Shown: one piece after another, positions 32,178 through 43,479 of the stretch
How positions within the stretch are numbered: position 1 is the first letter of the stretch
How the letters are laid out: the number at the start of each line of letters is the position of its first letter
From: Eukaryota sp. TZLM1-RC
Taxonomy: Eukaryota > Protista > Metamonada: BaSk clade
DNA length: 64,000 nt
Assembly (NCBI GenBank): GCA_040285825.1
Contig: JAUPSS010000003.1
Location: 930,001-994,000 of the forward strand
Direction of reading: 5' to 3'
Notes under the pieces: generated by a model
What the model saw: only the letters and a program-made list of their open reading frames with translations
The model's database searches: none
What the model was told of the DNA's origin: nothing
Translations under genes and position numbers: made by a program

Positions 32178-34133
32178 ATGTCAGACACCCCCTCTGTATC
32201 ACGTGTATTCACTCGGTCTTGTGCACTTAACTCGCTGCTGACCCCTGCAGCGGTGCAACAAATTCGGACTGACCTTCCAGTGGTCACCGAGATTTGTCAT
32301 GAAGCTTCTTTGTTACTTCAATCTTTTCTTCTAAATTTTCCGTTGGCATCTAGAGCTTTAGTGGAACAGGATGTATGGTATCTGTTTATGACCGTCATCA
32401 CCACTGGTTCTTTTCCTAAGCCTTCCACATCTAAAGGCCAACGCCAATTACTCCATATCTTTTACAATGGATTTCTTCCTGAATGCCCACAAGACAGGTC
32501 TCTTGTTTCTGTGTGGGAAAATTCTTTAGTGCCTTACAGAAATTCATTCAATCTTTTCCTCAATGATTGGCTGCAGTCCCAGAACTGTAATTTTATCAAT
32601 AGAAAAGGGCTTTCTTCTTATCTTGCTTGTCGGGCTCGTCAATTGGCCTCCAACGTTAAGACATGTTTACCCAAAATTTGTCAATCCTGGACAAAAAACT
32701 TTATTCGTGCTCATTGTAGAGCCCTGAATAAAACAAATGTCTTTGCAAATAATATTCTTTCACTTTTGCCAGATGAACTACTAGCCGAACCCGAGGAAGT
32801 AGTAGTTGATTCTGTTCTTGAATACCTCATCAATTTCAATTTGAATAATTCAAGAGAAAGATTTTTTTTATTGAATGCATGTAGGTTTATCTTGAATCTC
32901 CTCCAAAGATTTCCTACCACTGCCTCCCTACTGTCCTCACATGATAAAATCACTTTTTCATCAAAGGAAATTGGTGAGCTTTTTCTCTTCAATCTTAAAA
33001 TTTCACAATACTTACTCACTTTCTTTTCTCATATGCATTGCTGGAAGAAATTCAGAATAATACCTTTAGCTTCTCATAAAGGTTCTAAATTTATTGAGGT
33101 ACCTTCACAAATTTTCCACTCTGTGAAAAAATTTCCAATTATTGAAGGATCATCTTCCAAAACAAAGTTTATCAAAAATACATGTCTGAAACGAATATTC
33201 AAACAATGTCCTTTCCAAAAATTCAATATCAACAGAAAAAGTTTGAAAAATAGATTTAACAAAATTTTATTGAAAACTAATGGTAATGAACTGCTTTTGA
33301 CCTTTGAAGGTAAAAATAATGACTCAGAAAACACAGATGAGCTGGATGAACCACCGAAAAAGAAAAGAAGATCAAAAAATGAAATGAAAAGTGACCCTAA
33401 TGCCAACAAAACCAGAGAAACACAGTTGAAGGGTACTAAAAAAATGCCCCGTCGAAGACGTAGACATCCAGTCGAAATTTTACCTGAAAGCCCCCTTATT
33501 GGTGTTGATCTTGGCCAATCAAGATTATGTGGTTACTTTTTAAATGATAATCAATGTGGAGTTATCCCTTGTCCAACTGGCAGAAGATACATGACAAAAC
33601 CTTCACCCAGTAAACACTCTCCCAACCAATATTCCGTTCAAAATTTCAACCAATATTTGAACCATTGGAATTTGGTCAGGAGGAAAGTGTATTTGGAAAG
33701 TAATCGCCAGAAATGGAAAATAATTAAATTTGATAACCGCAGACGAAAAGAGAGACGGTTCAGAGAGAGTCTCAACAAATTTCAAAGGCTGGCTGGACAT
33801 CCTGAAAAACTCTATCTTGCTGTGGGTTCTGCTAATTTCCCTTCTCATTGCCGAAAAGTCAATCGATATGGATCAGCAAGGGCTTTCAGAAAATGGTTGT
33901 GTTATCAAAAGGACGTGAAGCACTTGTCAACCAGTGAATTTAATACAAGCAAAATGTCAAGTTGTTGCATGGCCGAGAATATTCAAGCAGGCTCATGGCA
34001 GATGCGTATTTGTACTGAGTGTCAAATAGTATATGACAGAGATATTTCCGCTGCAAAAAATATTCAAATTAAGAAGAAAGCGGAATTGTGGCCGGAAAGA
34101 TACATTTGCCCAGATGCTCTGTTGAGAAGATGA
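32178..34133 (+). CDS. Intact Fanzor1 (eukaryotic TnpB-like RNA-guided RuvC nuclease), locus B
   Basis: 651 aa: N-terminal CALNSLL, FRIIPL..KFIE, KTNG, NLS-like PPKKKRR, RuvC-I IGVDLG, RuvC-II SEFNTSK, Zn ligands SCC..CTEC, RuvC-III DRDISAAKNI. Confidence 0.9.
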   Translation: MSDTPSVSRVFTRSCALNSLLTPAAVQQIRTDLPVVTEICHEASLLLQSFLLNFPLASRALVEQDVWYLFMTVITTGSFPKPSTSKGQRQLLHIFYNGFLPECPQDRSLVSVWENSLVPYRNSFNLFLNDWLQSQNCNFINRKGLSSYLACRARQLASNVKTCLPKICQSWTKNFIRAHCRALNKTNVFANNILSLLPDELLAEPEEVVVDSVLEYLINFNLNNSRERFFLLNACRFILNLLQRFPTTASLLSSHDKITFSSKEIGELFLFNLKISQYLLTFFSHMHCWKKFRIIPLASHKGSKFIEVPSQIFHSVKKFPIIEGSSSKTKFIKNTCLKRIFKQCPFQKFNINRKSLKNRFNKILLKTNGNELLLTFEGKNNDSENTDELDEPPKKKRRSKNEMKSDPNANKTRETQLKGTKKMPRRRRRHPVEILPESPLIGVDLGQSRLCGYFLNDNQCGVIPCPTGRRYMTKPSPSKHSPNQYSVQNFNQYLNHWNLVRRKVYLESNRQKWKIIKFDNRRRKERRFRESLNKFQRLAGHPEKLYLAVGSANFPSHCRKVNRYGSARAFRKWLCYQKDVKHLSTSEFNTSKMSSCCMAENIQAGSWQMRICTECQIVYDRDISAAKNIQIKKKAELWPERYICPDALLRR

Positions 34134-34404
34134 ATGGGGAACCTGAGCATACAGAAACAAAATCTTTTGAGACCGATCTACAAATGCCTTAGTAGCATTT
34201 GGTAGATCCACTTAGATACATCAAGTCGCGAGGCTTTGTTCTGTGAAAGCAGTAGGTGTATTTAAGTGAGGTAGCCCATTGATGAAGATCATGATTGTCT
34301 TTGTCAAATGATGCTACATGTCTCTTACAGCCTGTGAGTAGACATTGAGAAAGTTGAAAACAGGAGTGAATTTCACAGGGGAATGCATGATAAGTGAAAT
34401 TCAC
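34131..34404 (+). ncRNA. Candidate omega-RNA of Fanzor locus B
   Basis: Closing stem 34133-34144/34269-34280; hairpin 34175-34208; 14-bp stem 34209-34222/34255-34268 enclosing GCGA- and GUGA-loop hairpins; further hairpins 34280-34306, 34318-34345 and 34366-34404. Confidence 0.72.
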
Positions 34405-34408
34405 AGTA

Positions 34409-35674
34409 ATGATCCGACAACTCTTCAATGATGCTTTACACTCGGACAATTTCAGGATCGTCTTCGAGAATGAAACATTTTATGTAAAACCTACGTTCTT
34501 CCAGGATTGCACTTTATTGCACAACGTTCCAGCGGAATATAATGGCTTTGACGTTACTGAATATGATATCACGAGCGAAACCCTACAGGTATTCCTTCAG
34601 TGGTATTATGAGTTTCCTGCTCCAATCTTCACGGAGACTAATATATATTACTACTGGAATATCGCACTTCTGTTTGGTTCTACTCGACTTCTTACCCTCT
34701 GTACTTCACTCATCAAAGAGAATTACTCTTCATTGATATCCCTTATAGAGGATGTCAGTGTTGCCAACAATAAGGACACATTCCTATCCGTTATGCAGAG
34801 TATTTCCGAGATAAACACTTTACATCCAAACTCTTTATTCACTTACATTAATCAAGATTTCCTTCCTTTAGTGGAACCATACATAAATACAGAGAACCAA
34901 GCACTTTGGATCTTTGAGTGTATGTTTTCCCACATAGAAGAGTATCATTTAGAATCCCTTAAAACACAAATGTGGTCACTGCCCTTCAAACAACTATCAT
35001 TGACCAATTTGTTCTACATCTGCAAAAGGTTTACAGAATTTTCAAATTTAGTTGATGTAACTCTTGAAGTCCTAGAGCATTATCTTGGGCGGGTCTCAAA
35101 TGTTGATTGTTGGAAAGGAGTAGATTCTAATGGTTTACTTGGTATCATTACCTCCACTTCTGAAAGCCACTCCCTTGTGAAGTTTCTTTTTAATTTCGAC
35201 AGTTTAGACAGTGTGATTCTCCTTTTTCCTCCCCATTTTCAAACCATATTCAATATTCCAAACATCCACAAACATCATTTTTACCTCTTCCAGTGTTTAG
35301 TACACTCGTTCACAGAAGATCCTACTCGATGGACAAGTGAGGATGTGGAATTTGTACTTGATAAACTGAATGTTGGTGATGATTCACAACATCTGTGGAA
35401 GGAACAACTCATATATTTAGAGGAATATCACCAGCTGAAAGAGGTTGTACAGAATTTTATGGAGAGTAAACTTAAAATATTCAATGAAAATACAACTGAA
35501 AGGACAATAAGAAAGGTTCAGAAAGCGAAAAACCTTAAGCAACGAACAGATCATTATCGTGGGTATCAACTTGATCCAAAAGAAGATATTCCCAAAATAG
35601 CTAGCCAACGTTTGATGAAGAGAAGAGCTTATCACAGACCAATATTGCAACATGTGAAGAAGTTGCGAAGATAA
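34409..35674 (+). CDS. BTB/POZ-domain protein
   Basis: LFNDALHSD.FRIVFENETFYV..ETLQVFLQWYY..TETNIYYYWNIALLFGSTRLLTLC; basic C-terminus; ATG at 34409. Confidence 0.7.
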   Translation: MIRQLFNDALHSDNFRIVFENETFYVKPTFFQDCTLLHNVPAEYNGFDVTEYDITSETLQVFLQWYYEFPAPIFTETNIYYYWNIALLFGSTRLLTLCTSLIKENYSSLISLIEDVSVANNKDTFLSVMQSISEINTLHPNSLFTYINQDFLPLVEPYINTENQALWIFECMFSHIEEYHLESLKTQMWSLPFKQLSLTNLFYICKRFTEFSNLVDVTLEVLEHYLGRVSNVDCWKGVDSNGLLGIITSTSESHSLVKFLFNFDSLDSVILLFPPHFQTIFNIPNIHKHHFYLFQCLVHSFTEDPTRWTSEDVEFVLDKLNVGDDSQHLWKEQLIYLEEYHQLKEVVQNFMESKLKIFNENTTERTIRKVQKAKNLKQRTDHYRGYQLDPKEDIPKIASQRLMKRRAYHRPILQHVKKLRR

Positions 35675-35859
35675 TTGTACATGTTATAAACAAATGTTTA
35701 TAAGCGACAAATGTTTATATGGGAGAAAAATGTGTTATAATTAGTCTTAATGGTCTTAATTTAATTGGGGCTCTTAGTCTTGGAACAGTCACATTTTAAA
35801 ACTCAACAAAAACCCTTAACTAATGCTTTTACCAACTCAAACCTCATCAATTGATTAAC

Positions 35860-36150
35860 GGGAGATTTTCGCTATTCACTGCAATAGGAACTCGCTTGTC
35901 ATAAAACTCCGTTATAGTATTCAAGTTGGAGTTAATATAACGAGGAAGAGCTTTTAATAACGAAAATACAATTCTGTTCTTCCAAATCAGATTATCAAGT
36001 GTACGATCGCTTTCTTTGAGAAGTTGTCCTAAATCATAGATAGTGGACTTTTTCGAATGGGTAAAACATTGTCTAAAAGGAGCATTATGAGGGAAAGCAA
36101 TTATTGGAAATGACCGATGAACTTTTTATAGATGATACATGAACTTGGGC
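35860..36150 (-). mobile_element. Degenerate REL non-LTR 3' relic
   Basis: Minus-strand translation contains IWKNRIVFSLLKALPRYI, like the other LINE C-termini. Confidence 0.55.
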
Positions 36151-36227
36151 TAGTTGGTGTCATAATTTTGCTTGTGAAAATAAAATAAAACCAAATAAAA
36201 AAATTATTTATGTACACGAAACCCTAC

Positions 36228-37244
36228 CTAAAAAAGAGGTTTATAATAGAGGTTTTTCTTTGGAACCTTATAAGCTACTTCCTTGGTTCCTGTTTCCACT
36301 CTCAAATACAGATTCTTGCCTGAAAATGTCCTCTCTTGCTGTTCCAAATCACTGAATTCCCTGGGAAAAGGTGGAGAGAGTAGAGGCAAAGACAATGCTC
36401 CACGGTTTAATTCCTGCTGAAAAAGCCAAAACCATGCCCAACCAACACACACAGGGGGGTTTCCTGGCAGTTGTACCTCTATCATAAATAAAACTGGTTC
36501 AAGGGGGAAATCAAAGAACCGAACACAAGGAAAAGAAATTAATTTGGGGGGAAATAAAGGTTTATATTCTTTATTTAAAAAGGAAAATGCAATTCGAGTG
36601 TTGGAAATGGGAGGATTAATTGAATCAAAATAAACAAGCACAAATTCCTTTTCGGGAATTCTAGGTAATGAATTTTCCAAAGACTCTAAAACTGCTTTGT
36701 TTTTAACATAAGAAAGATTAATTAAATGATCTAATTCCTGGTCAAAATAAAGTTTGAGCTTTTCTTTATCTATCAATTCACATTGACCCAAGAGAGAAAC
36801 AGTAGAGGTGAGGTTTGAGATGCTTTCATCTATAGAGTCGAGGACGCTGCCATGTGAGGGACGAAGTCGTGTAGATCGTCGTACCAAGCGTTCAAGCGAA
36901 TCAAGTCGAGCTACAAGGGATTGTACATAGAAAGACAGGGCTGAAGAGGGATTGTGCTCTGGCGGTGGTTTGGTATTGATGACTTGTGCAACTGGAGTTT
37001 GTTCAGTTTCTTGTGGATGAATGTGTGCGTTAGAAGAACGTGAAAGAGGGGGTGTGTTGTGAGTGAAGGGTCGAGAAGAATGGTTTTGAGATGTAGATGC
37101 GACAGAAGCTACGGGTTTTGGTGTTTTCGAATAACTGTTTAGAGCATCCTGTTGATCAGCGACATTGGAATCTCTCGCTGAAGTACGCATGTTGGCAAGA
37201 GCCTCTCGAAGTTTAATAGAAAAAGATTCGTCAAGTTTATTCAT
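36228..37244 (-). CDS. Protein with C-terminal C2-like domain (ciliary C2/CCDC17-like)
   Basis: FMIEVQ..VGWAWFWLF..GALSLPLLSPP..LYLRV pattern; low-complexity N-terminus. Confidence 0.55.
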   Translation of the reverse strand: MNKLDESFSIKLREALANMRTSARDSNVADQQDALNSYSKTPKPVASVASTSQNHSSRPFTHNTPPLSRSSNAHIHPQETEQTPVAQVINTKPPPEHNPSSALSFYVQSLVARLDSLERLVRRSTRLRPSHGSVLDSIDESISNLTSTVSLLGQCELIDKEKLKLYFDQELDHLINLSYVKNKAVLESLENSLPRIPEKEFVLVYFDSINPPISNTRIAFSFLNKEYKPLFPPKLISFPCVRFFDFPLEPVLFMIEVQLPGNPPVCVGWAWFWLFQQELNRGALSLPLLSPPFPREFSDLEQQERTFSGKNLYLRVETGTKEVAYKVPKKNLYYKPLF

Positions 37245-37329
37245 CAGACATCAGCAAATAGCACAGAAATGTCAATAGGTAGTAACGTCAAGATTACAGG
37301 TATAAGAAATTTGCAATTTTAAAATACCG

Positions 37330-38015
37330 CTCATTAATCTGAATCATTTATTTAATTGCAAATTTAATATTACATATCGTTCAGTTGTTCACGATGCTGT
37401 TAGAGACCAACTATACGCTATGTGCAAAAGCCATCACATTGAAGCTTTTGTTGAACCACTTGTGCGAAGGTTGTCATCTGAAAATGAAGATGAAAATACT
37501 TTTGGGAAACGCCGTGCTGATTTAATTACCCCTGGGTCTGATGGTGTTATTAAAGTTGTTGATGTTGTCACTGTTGATGTTTGTAAAGACTCAGCAATTG
37601 ATTTTGCTAAAAGAGATGAAACTCCACTTTGCTTTGCTGAAAAGAGCAAAATCAAAAAGTACAATGAACCCTTATCTCAGCTAGGACGTGTTGAGCATGT
37701 CAAGTATCAGTTGGTTCCATTTGATGTTTCTCTTTTTGGTAACATTGGAATATCTGGCATTAAATTTCTTGAAGGTTTCAGAAGTTTAATAAAAGAAAGA
37801 GCAGGAAAAGAATTGAACTTCAATTTCTGGCACAATAGAATTGTTTTTAGTATTCTTAAAGCAATTCCAGAAATGATGACCAAAGCACTCTTACAATTAG
37901 GAATAGAGTATGAAAATCGCGCGCTTGAAATATTTGATGATGTTGATGCGTGTATTGAGGACATTGAGTTCTAGTTTTTTTTGTTTAATGTTTTGTTAGC
38001 GTTGAAAATAAATTT
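37330..38015 (+). mobile_element. 5'-truncated non-LTR family B copy
   Basis: Near-identical to 17165-17835; ORF 37420-37974 encodes the REL endonuclease. Confidence 0.88.
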
Positions 38016-38304
38016 CAAATTTTTAAAAAAAAAGATACTCATCCATCCATCTGTAGAAGTGTGTCAATAGCTATTCACCTATTTTCAACCACCACACTTC
38101 TTGTAAGTGAGTCATTTGTTGGAACAATTGATCTCTTTACATTTTCACCTTCAATAATTTGGGATCTGAATTCACTGGAAATAAAAATGACATGAAATAG
38201 ATCAATTGTCATTCTGACATTTTATCTCCTTTGGCCAATTACAGACTTTTGCTGAACGAGACACTGTCATTAATCAAGTTTGGTTCTAATTATAGGGAAG
38301 GTAT

Positions 38305-39033
38305 TTAATGTGATTAAATTGATAACTCTGAAGTTATTGTTGATTTTGTCTCCTGTAATGTTGCAAATGACACTTTGGTTCAAAGAAGAAAACTTAATCC
38401 TGTAGATGTTTTTTAATTTAAGGCCCAGGAAAAACATAGAAAATATGACAAAGATATTGAAGAAGCTAATGTTGATTGAAATAGACCACTTGTGTTTATT
38501 GCCTTCCCATTTTCTATAAACGGATGACTATCAGTAGAAACAGGAACTTTTTTGAATGATTTCCAAAAAATGGTTCAAGAAAACACAATCAAAAGATTTG
38601 ATATCTTTTTATGGAGCTCTTGAACTCAATTTGCCATTATTAATAGATTACCTTGGTTTTTCAATCGAAGTAGAGAAGCTTTAGCTAGACAGCAAGCAGA
38701 TCAAGCTTTTGTAGAGGAAATCTTGGTTCATTGAATTTCGTCCCATTAGTTATGAGTTTATTTTGTTAAGTGTGCAAGTTTGATTAATAATTATTTTCTT
38801 ATCAGAAATTTCTATTTAGTTACGCTGAATTAAACAAATTACAAAGACAACTTCTGCAAACAATATACTAAAATTTTATTGCTATAATCAAAAGACTGCT
38901 GCTCTTATCAAATAAGAGAAGCATTGGCAAAAAACATGTAGATTAGGATGTTCTTGAGGAAATATTGTTTTATTGAATTTAGTCCCATTATTTGTGATTA
39001 AATCTTTATTTAGTGTTGTTGTTCAATAAAAAA
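38305..39033 (+). mobile_element. Two degenerate 3' fragments of non-LTR family A
   Basis: 38305-38790 and ~38900-39033 match the family A C-terminus and 3' UTR, with stops. Confidence 0.7.
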
Positions 39034-39425
39034 GGGTTTCGCAACAAAAATATTGGTTTTGGAATATATATATTCCTGATGAATTTATGTCCTCCACTAT
39101 AGTTCTTTTTTGGACATGATTCGTTTGTCACATAAAGAAATGACACTCACACACTTTATGAAATTGTCTTATGATGAAACAACAACAGAATTAATTGCAA
39201 CTTGTAATAATAATCAAAAAAGGTCATCTCTATTGAAAAGACTTCAACTTGAAGATGCTCTCACTGCGGTTGTATTGTAGCAATGCTTGGTCCTCATCGA
39301 GTTCTTTACCTAGACAGTGTCGTATTTGGGAAGTGTGGCTGTTTTTAAGTCTTCAGGCCATGAAAGTATTTTTTTGAAAATAATATTTTCTTCCTCACAA
39401 ACATCACTAGACAATATCTGTTACA

Positions 39426-40865
39426 ATGAGCGACGATCTTTCTTCTCTAGTTAATTCCTATATAGACAAGTGCTTGAATAATGGTCCTTCTGCTGATCTG
39501 GAAGAGAAGTTGTTTTATGCAGATTTTAGATACCATGTTCTCAGATCTATACCACCATTGACTTCAAAAAAGCAAATTGTCACTTGTCCACGCCAACTCC
39601 AAAGACTGTGGCAGTTGTTAAAACTCACCACCACTCATTCTTTGTCCGATCAAGCCGCACAAGCAGCTGCTTTCCGCTCTCAATCTGACCACATACCACA
39701 CACCTCTTGTATCAAACCCCCTACGTCATTTCTGTCTGCCTGCACCACCACCTTCCCTGGCAAAAGGACTTCTTCTGACTCTGGTTCTGGCCAAACCCCA
39801 GCCAAACACTGTTCTGCATTATCTTCTGCTTGGCTATCCTTCCTTTCTATTTCTCTCCCTTCTTCGATCCTTCACTCCTACCTTGCCCTTCTTCCCCGTT
39901 CTCTAACCGCTTTTTCCTCTCCCCTTCGCTTTGCTGACTTTTTAATCTCTCTTCTTTCCCTACACAACGACACATCATTACTCACCATCCATCCCCTCTT
40001 CTTACTCCTTCGTGACCACTCTCTTGACCACCCTTCTTGGTTCTCAGACCTCCTTTCTCTTCTTTCTGAGTCTCTCTTCACCTCACCCCTTGCTAAACCC
40101 TACTTGAAGGCACTCCCACTTTTGCTCTCTGCCACATCTGTTACTGAGGATGTTGTTAAGAAGTTTATGGTTAAACTCACCAACCTTTCCCTCTTTGCAC
40201 CTCCCAACTTTTCTTTGTGGGCTCTGTCTTTGGTTTATGAATTGCTCACAAGACACCCTGTTTGCGTTGATTTAATTCATAAAGGCTCTGGTAAAGGGAA
40301 AAGTCTTTTAGATTCCTGTGTTATGGGTCATAAAGTTACTAATTGTCTGTTGACTTCAGTTGACCCAGAAATCGCAGATAAATACCTTTCTGATCCTGAA
40401 AGTGAATCTGAAGTGGTGGAGGTAATTGGCGGTGATGAGCAGTTAGTGGAAGGGAGTCAAGAAGAAGACAGAAAAAGAGAAGAGGTGATGGCCAATGAAG
40501 GTCAAGCAGAAGATCAGAATGAAGCTCAAAAAGAGGAAAGTGATGACGAGGAGGATCAAAATAATGATTATCTTTATGAATTGACAATCTTATGTAAACA
40601 TTACCATCCTTTTATTTCCAGTCTAGCTAATTCTTTTAAAGAAGTTTTGGAATTAAAAAAATTTAATCCTAATGATTTTGCAAACTCAACAATTGATGAT
40701 TTAATTGATGAAGAATTAAAAAGGAAATTCCGAAATTTATGTGTTAAAGTTAATTCCCCTAATAACTTCTTTCCAAATTCTTGGTTTAGGCAGTTCAAAT
40801 GTCCAAAGGATGCTGTTTTGCCAAATAAATTTGCTGGGAATCTGCCAAATTCAGTTCTTAATTAG
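39426..40865 (+). CDS. NOC4: Nucleolar complex protein 4-like (CBF/Mak21 domain)
   Basis: YADFRY, AWLSFL, PLRFADFL, FMVKLTNLSLFAPP, LYELTILCKHYHP. Confidence 0.75.
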   Translation: MSDDLSSLVNSYIDKCLNNGPSADLEEKLFYADFRYHVLRSIPPLTSKKQIVTCPRQLQRLWQLLKLTTTHSLSDQAAQAAAFRSQSDHIPHTSCIKPPTSFLSACTTTFPGKRTSSDSGSGQTPAKHCSALSSAWLSFLSISLPSSILHSYLALLPRSLTAFSSPLRFADFLISLLSLHNDTSLLTIHPLFLLLRDHSLDHPSWFSDLLSLLSESLFTSPLAKPYLKALPLLLSATSVTEDVVKKFMVKLTNLSLFAPPNFSLWALSLVYELLTRHPVCVDLIHKGSGKGKSLLDSCVMGHKVTNCLLTSVDPEIADKYLSDPESESEVVEVIGGDEQLVEGSQEEDRKREEVMANEGQAEDQNEAQKEESDDEEDQNNDYLYELTILCKHYHPFISSLANSFKEVLELKKFNPNDFANSTIDDLIDEELKRKFRNLCVKVNSPNNFFPNSWFRQFKCPKDAVLPNKFAGNLPNSVLN

Positions 40866-40943
40866 TTTAATAGTTTTTTAGTCTTTTGTATCTACTTTTT
40901 TGGAAATTAATTTATTTACATTATTTTATAAATTTTTAATAAA

Positions 40944-42581
40944 TTACACCTGACCAGCTTTTCTTAATTGAAGTCTAATAGAACTAATCTCCTTCCTTAA
41001 CTCCTCCAACTCTTCCTCCATTTGCCTCTTCTTCCTCATTTTGGCGACTCTAGTCATGGCCATAGAGTCTAACCTTTTCAGTGTTCCTTCCAACTCATCT
41101 CTTTTAACTTGGAGATCTCGGAGTTTGTTATCAAGTCCCTCTACATCAGTTGGAGTGTTGATGGTTGACTCATCAGCAAAAGGCTTAGAATTGTTATTCT
41201 TCCTATGTTTTTTGAATTCCTCAAAGCTCATTGGTGGAGGAGGTTTGTTTGGATCTGAATCTGGTATCGAAGAATGAAGGGCCATTAGTTGATGGTAAGT
41301 TCTATCAGCATGGTCCATGTGTTCAAAAGACTTTGGTTGACTTTGAGAATGATTTTGAACTGGGTTTGACTTTGGTTGACTTTGATGTAAAGAGCTGTTA
41401 TTAGAAACTGCATCATATGATCGATCATTTGTTGATTGATTGGCAGTTTGATTGTGTAAGGGCATTGCTGGAGAAGGACCAGGCGAATAGGACACATTGC
41501 TTCTTCCTAGAGACAGTAGATGCATATTCTCAGTCTTTAAGTGACGGCAATTCATTGCCAAAAGCTGATACTCTCCTTCAAGCTCCCTATTTTTTAATTT
41601 TAAAGAATTAATTTCAGATAAAAGGGAATTTCTTGTGTCTAATGCCTCATTAAGTTGAGCTTCGGTAAATGCAATCTTTTTATTTGATAGGTCTAATTCC
41701 ATCAAAATTGATTGCTTTTCATTCTCCAACGAAGAGTAACTAGCATTTAATTCATCTATTTTCAAGGTCAATTCATTAATTTTTAAATTTAATTCATTGT
41801 TTTGACTGGCTAGTTCAGTTTCCTTTTTAGAAAGTTGTTGATTTGATGTATTTATTTGGTTAAGTTGTGAATCAGTTACTTCAACAGACTTCCTAAGACT
41901 TTGATTGGCAGATTTAAGTTGATCAATCTCTTTTGATTGATCAGCATTGATTGAATCTAGACGGTCAATTTCCTGTTGTAGAGAAGATTTAGTTTCAGTC
42001 AAATTTGAGACAGTTCTCTCAAGTCCTTCTATTTCTGACCGCTGTTGACGCATTTCTGACCGTAGTTGCTCATCATTACTACAATTTTGATTTTTCAAAA
42101 CTTCAATTTCCTTCTTTAAATCAGAAATGATGTATTCAAGCTCTTCAGTTGGATCTGCTAATTCCTCAGTTTGTACCTCACTATCACGTGGATGATTTAA
42201 CTGATTAGGAAGTTCTGGTGCGGTTTGATTAACTTGGGATTGAGGAAAATCAACAACCTTTTCTGAGGGTGTAGATTCCACTTCCTGTTCTAGAGAAAGT
42301 TGTGATAGAAGAGTAGCCAGATTGGACCTAGGGGGATGTGAAGGGGACACTGTTTGAGGAGCAGAAGGTGAAGGAGAAGAAACAGCATTGCCTTGTTGCC
42401 ACATGTTGAGAAGAGAATCTACATCAAAAGTAGAATTTGGTTGTGGTGGATTATTGGTAGGAGGTGATGAAAAGGAATGGTTAACGTTTTCGTGGAAAGT
42501 GCGCTTAGATCTTCCCTTAATGGCACCAAGTCCCAGTTGGGAGAGCATCTGGGACACATCATCGTCCTCAGTGTCACTCAT
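40944..42581 (-). CDS. Long coiled-coil protein
   Basis: 545 aa; central heptad repeats and a C-terminal helical hairpin. Confidence 0.7.
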   Translation of the reverse strand: MSDTEDDDVSQMLSQLGLGAIKGRSKRTFHENVNHSFSSPPTNNPPQPNSTFDVDSLLNMWQQGNAVSSPSPSAPQTVSPSHPPRSNLATLLSQLSLEQEVESTPSEKVVDFPQSQVNQTAPELPNQLNHPRDSEVQTEELADPTEELEYIISDLKKEIEVLKNQNCSNDEQLRSEMRQQRSEIEGLERTVSNLTETKSSLQQEIDRLDSINADQSKEIDQLKSANQSLRKSVEVTDSQLNQINTSNQQLSKKETELASQNNELNLKINELTLKIDELNASYSSLENEKQSILMELDLSNKKIAFTEAQLNEALDTRNSLLSEINSLKLKNRELEGEYQLLAMNCRHLKTENMHLLSLGRSNVSYSPGPSPAMPLHNQTANQSTNDRSYDAVSNNSSLHQSQPKSNPVQNHSQSQPKSFEHMDHADRTYHQLMALHSSIPDSDPNKPPPPMSFEEFKKHRKNNNSKPFADESTINTPTDVEGLDNKLRDLQVKRDELEGTLKRLDSMAMTRVAKMRKKRQMEEELEELRKEISSIRLQLRKAGQV

Positions 42582-43479
42582 TATAAGTTAGTCTTGAAAA
42601 AATGGAAAATGGAAGATTTTCATTTTCAAATTCATAACTTAACCACGGGCTTCGGATTACCGGACCATGGCTCCTAAAATTATGTGATTCAAGGCTATGA
42701 TCTAAACAAAATCTCTGAATTTCCAAATTCGAGTAAGTGCTACTGAAATAAAGTTTTAACTCTAAACTGGAATTTAAGGCAGTGGAAATCCTGAATTTTC
42801 ATAAAAATTATGGAGTTATTGGAATTGATTAATGTTCTTTGTAATAGAGGTATTGTAATTTAAAATTTATTTTGTTGGAATTTAAAGGTAGGTTGAAGGC
42901 ACTGCTCGAAACTCTTCTGAAATCAATTAAAAAATATTGTTTGGTTAGAATCCCCAAACCAAGTCAATTTTGAACTAATAAAACGATTCATTGAAGCCAA
43001 TGCTGCTCCACGTAATTTTGAAACTGGTGATTGAGATCAGATCTTGTTCATGGTGATGCAGATAGGTGAATTTACCTATTCAGCTGATATTTTGAAATGA
43101 AAATTTCTCTTGTGCAAATAGAAAAAAAGGTTTTATATTGGTCATTGGAGCAGGGCAAGTCAACGACAGGGCAAAGGAAAATTAAACTGGAGGTCCATTA
43201 TTTTGCAATTTTGATAGTAATATTGCTGCATTGAGGATGAATCAAATTCTAATGTAAATAAACAAACATTAATTACAAACAATTAATGTAAACTCATAAT
43301 GGGATTTAAATCCTTACCACGTACATTTGTCGTTTTCCTCTCCTTGTGGGTCTTCCAACACATGGAAAGCACTTATATTAAAAACTAATTGATTAAAAAA
43401 ACTTTGTACTGGTTCCATGAACCTTGACTTTCTTCCTATTAGGACATGGCTAAAAAAAGCATAGATGAGATGTAATTCA

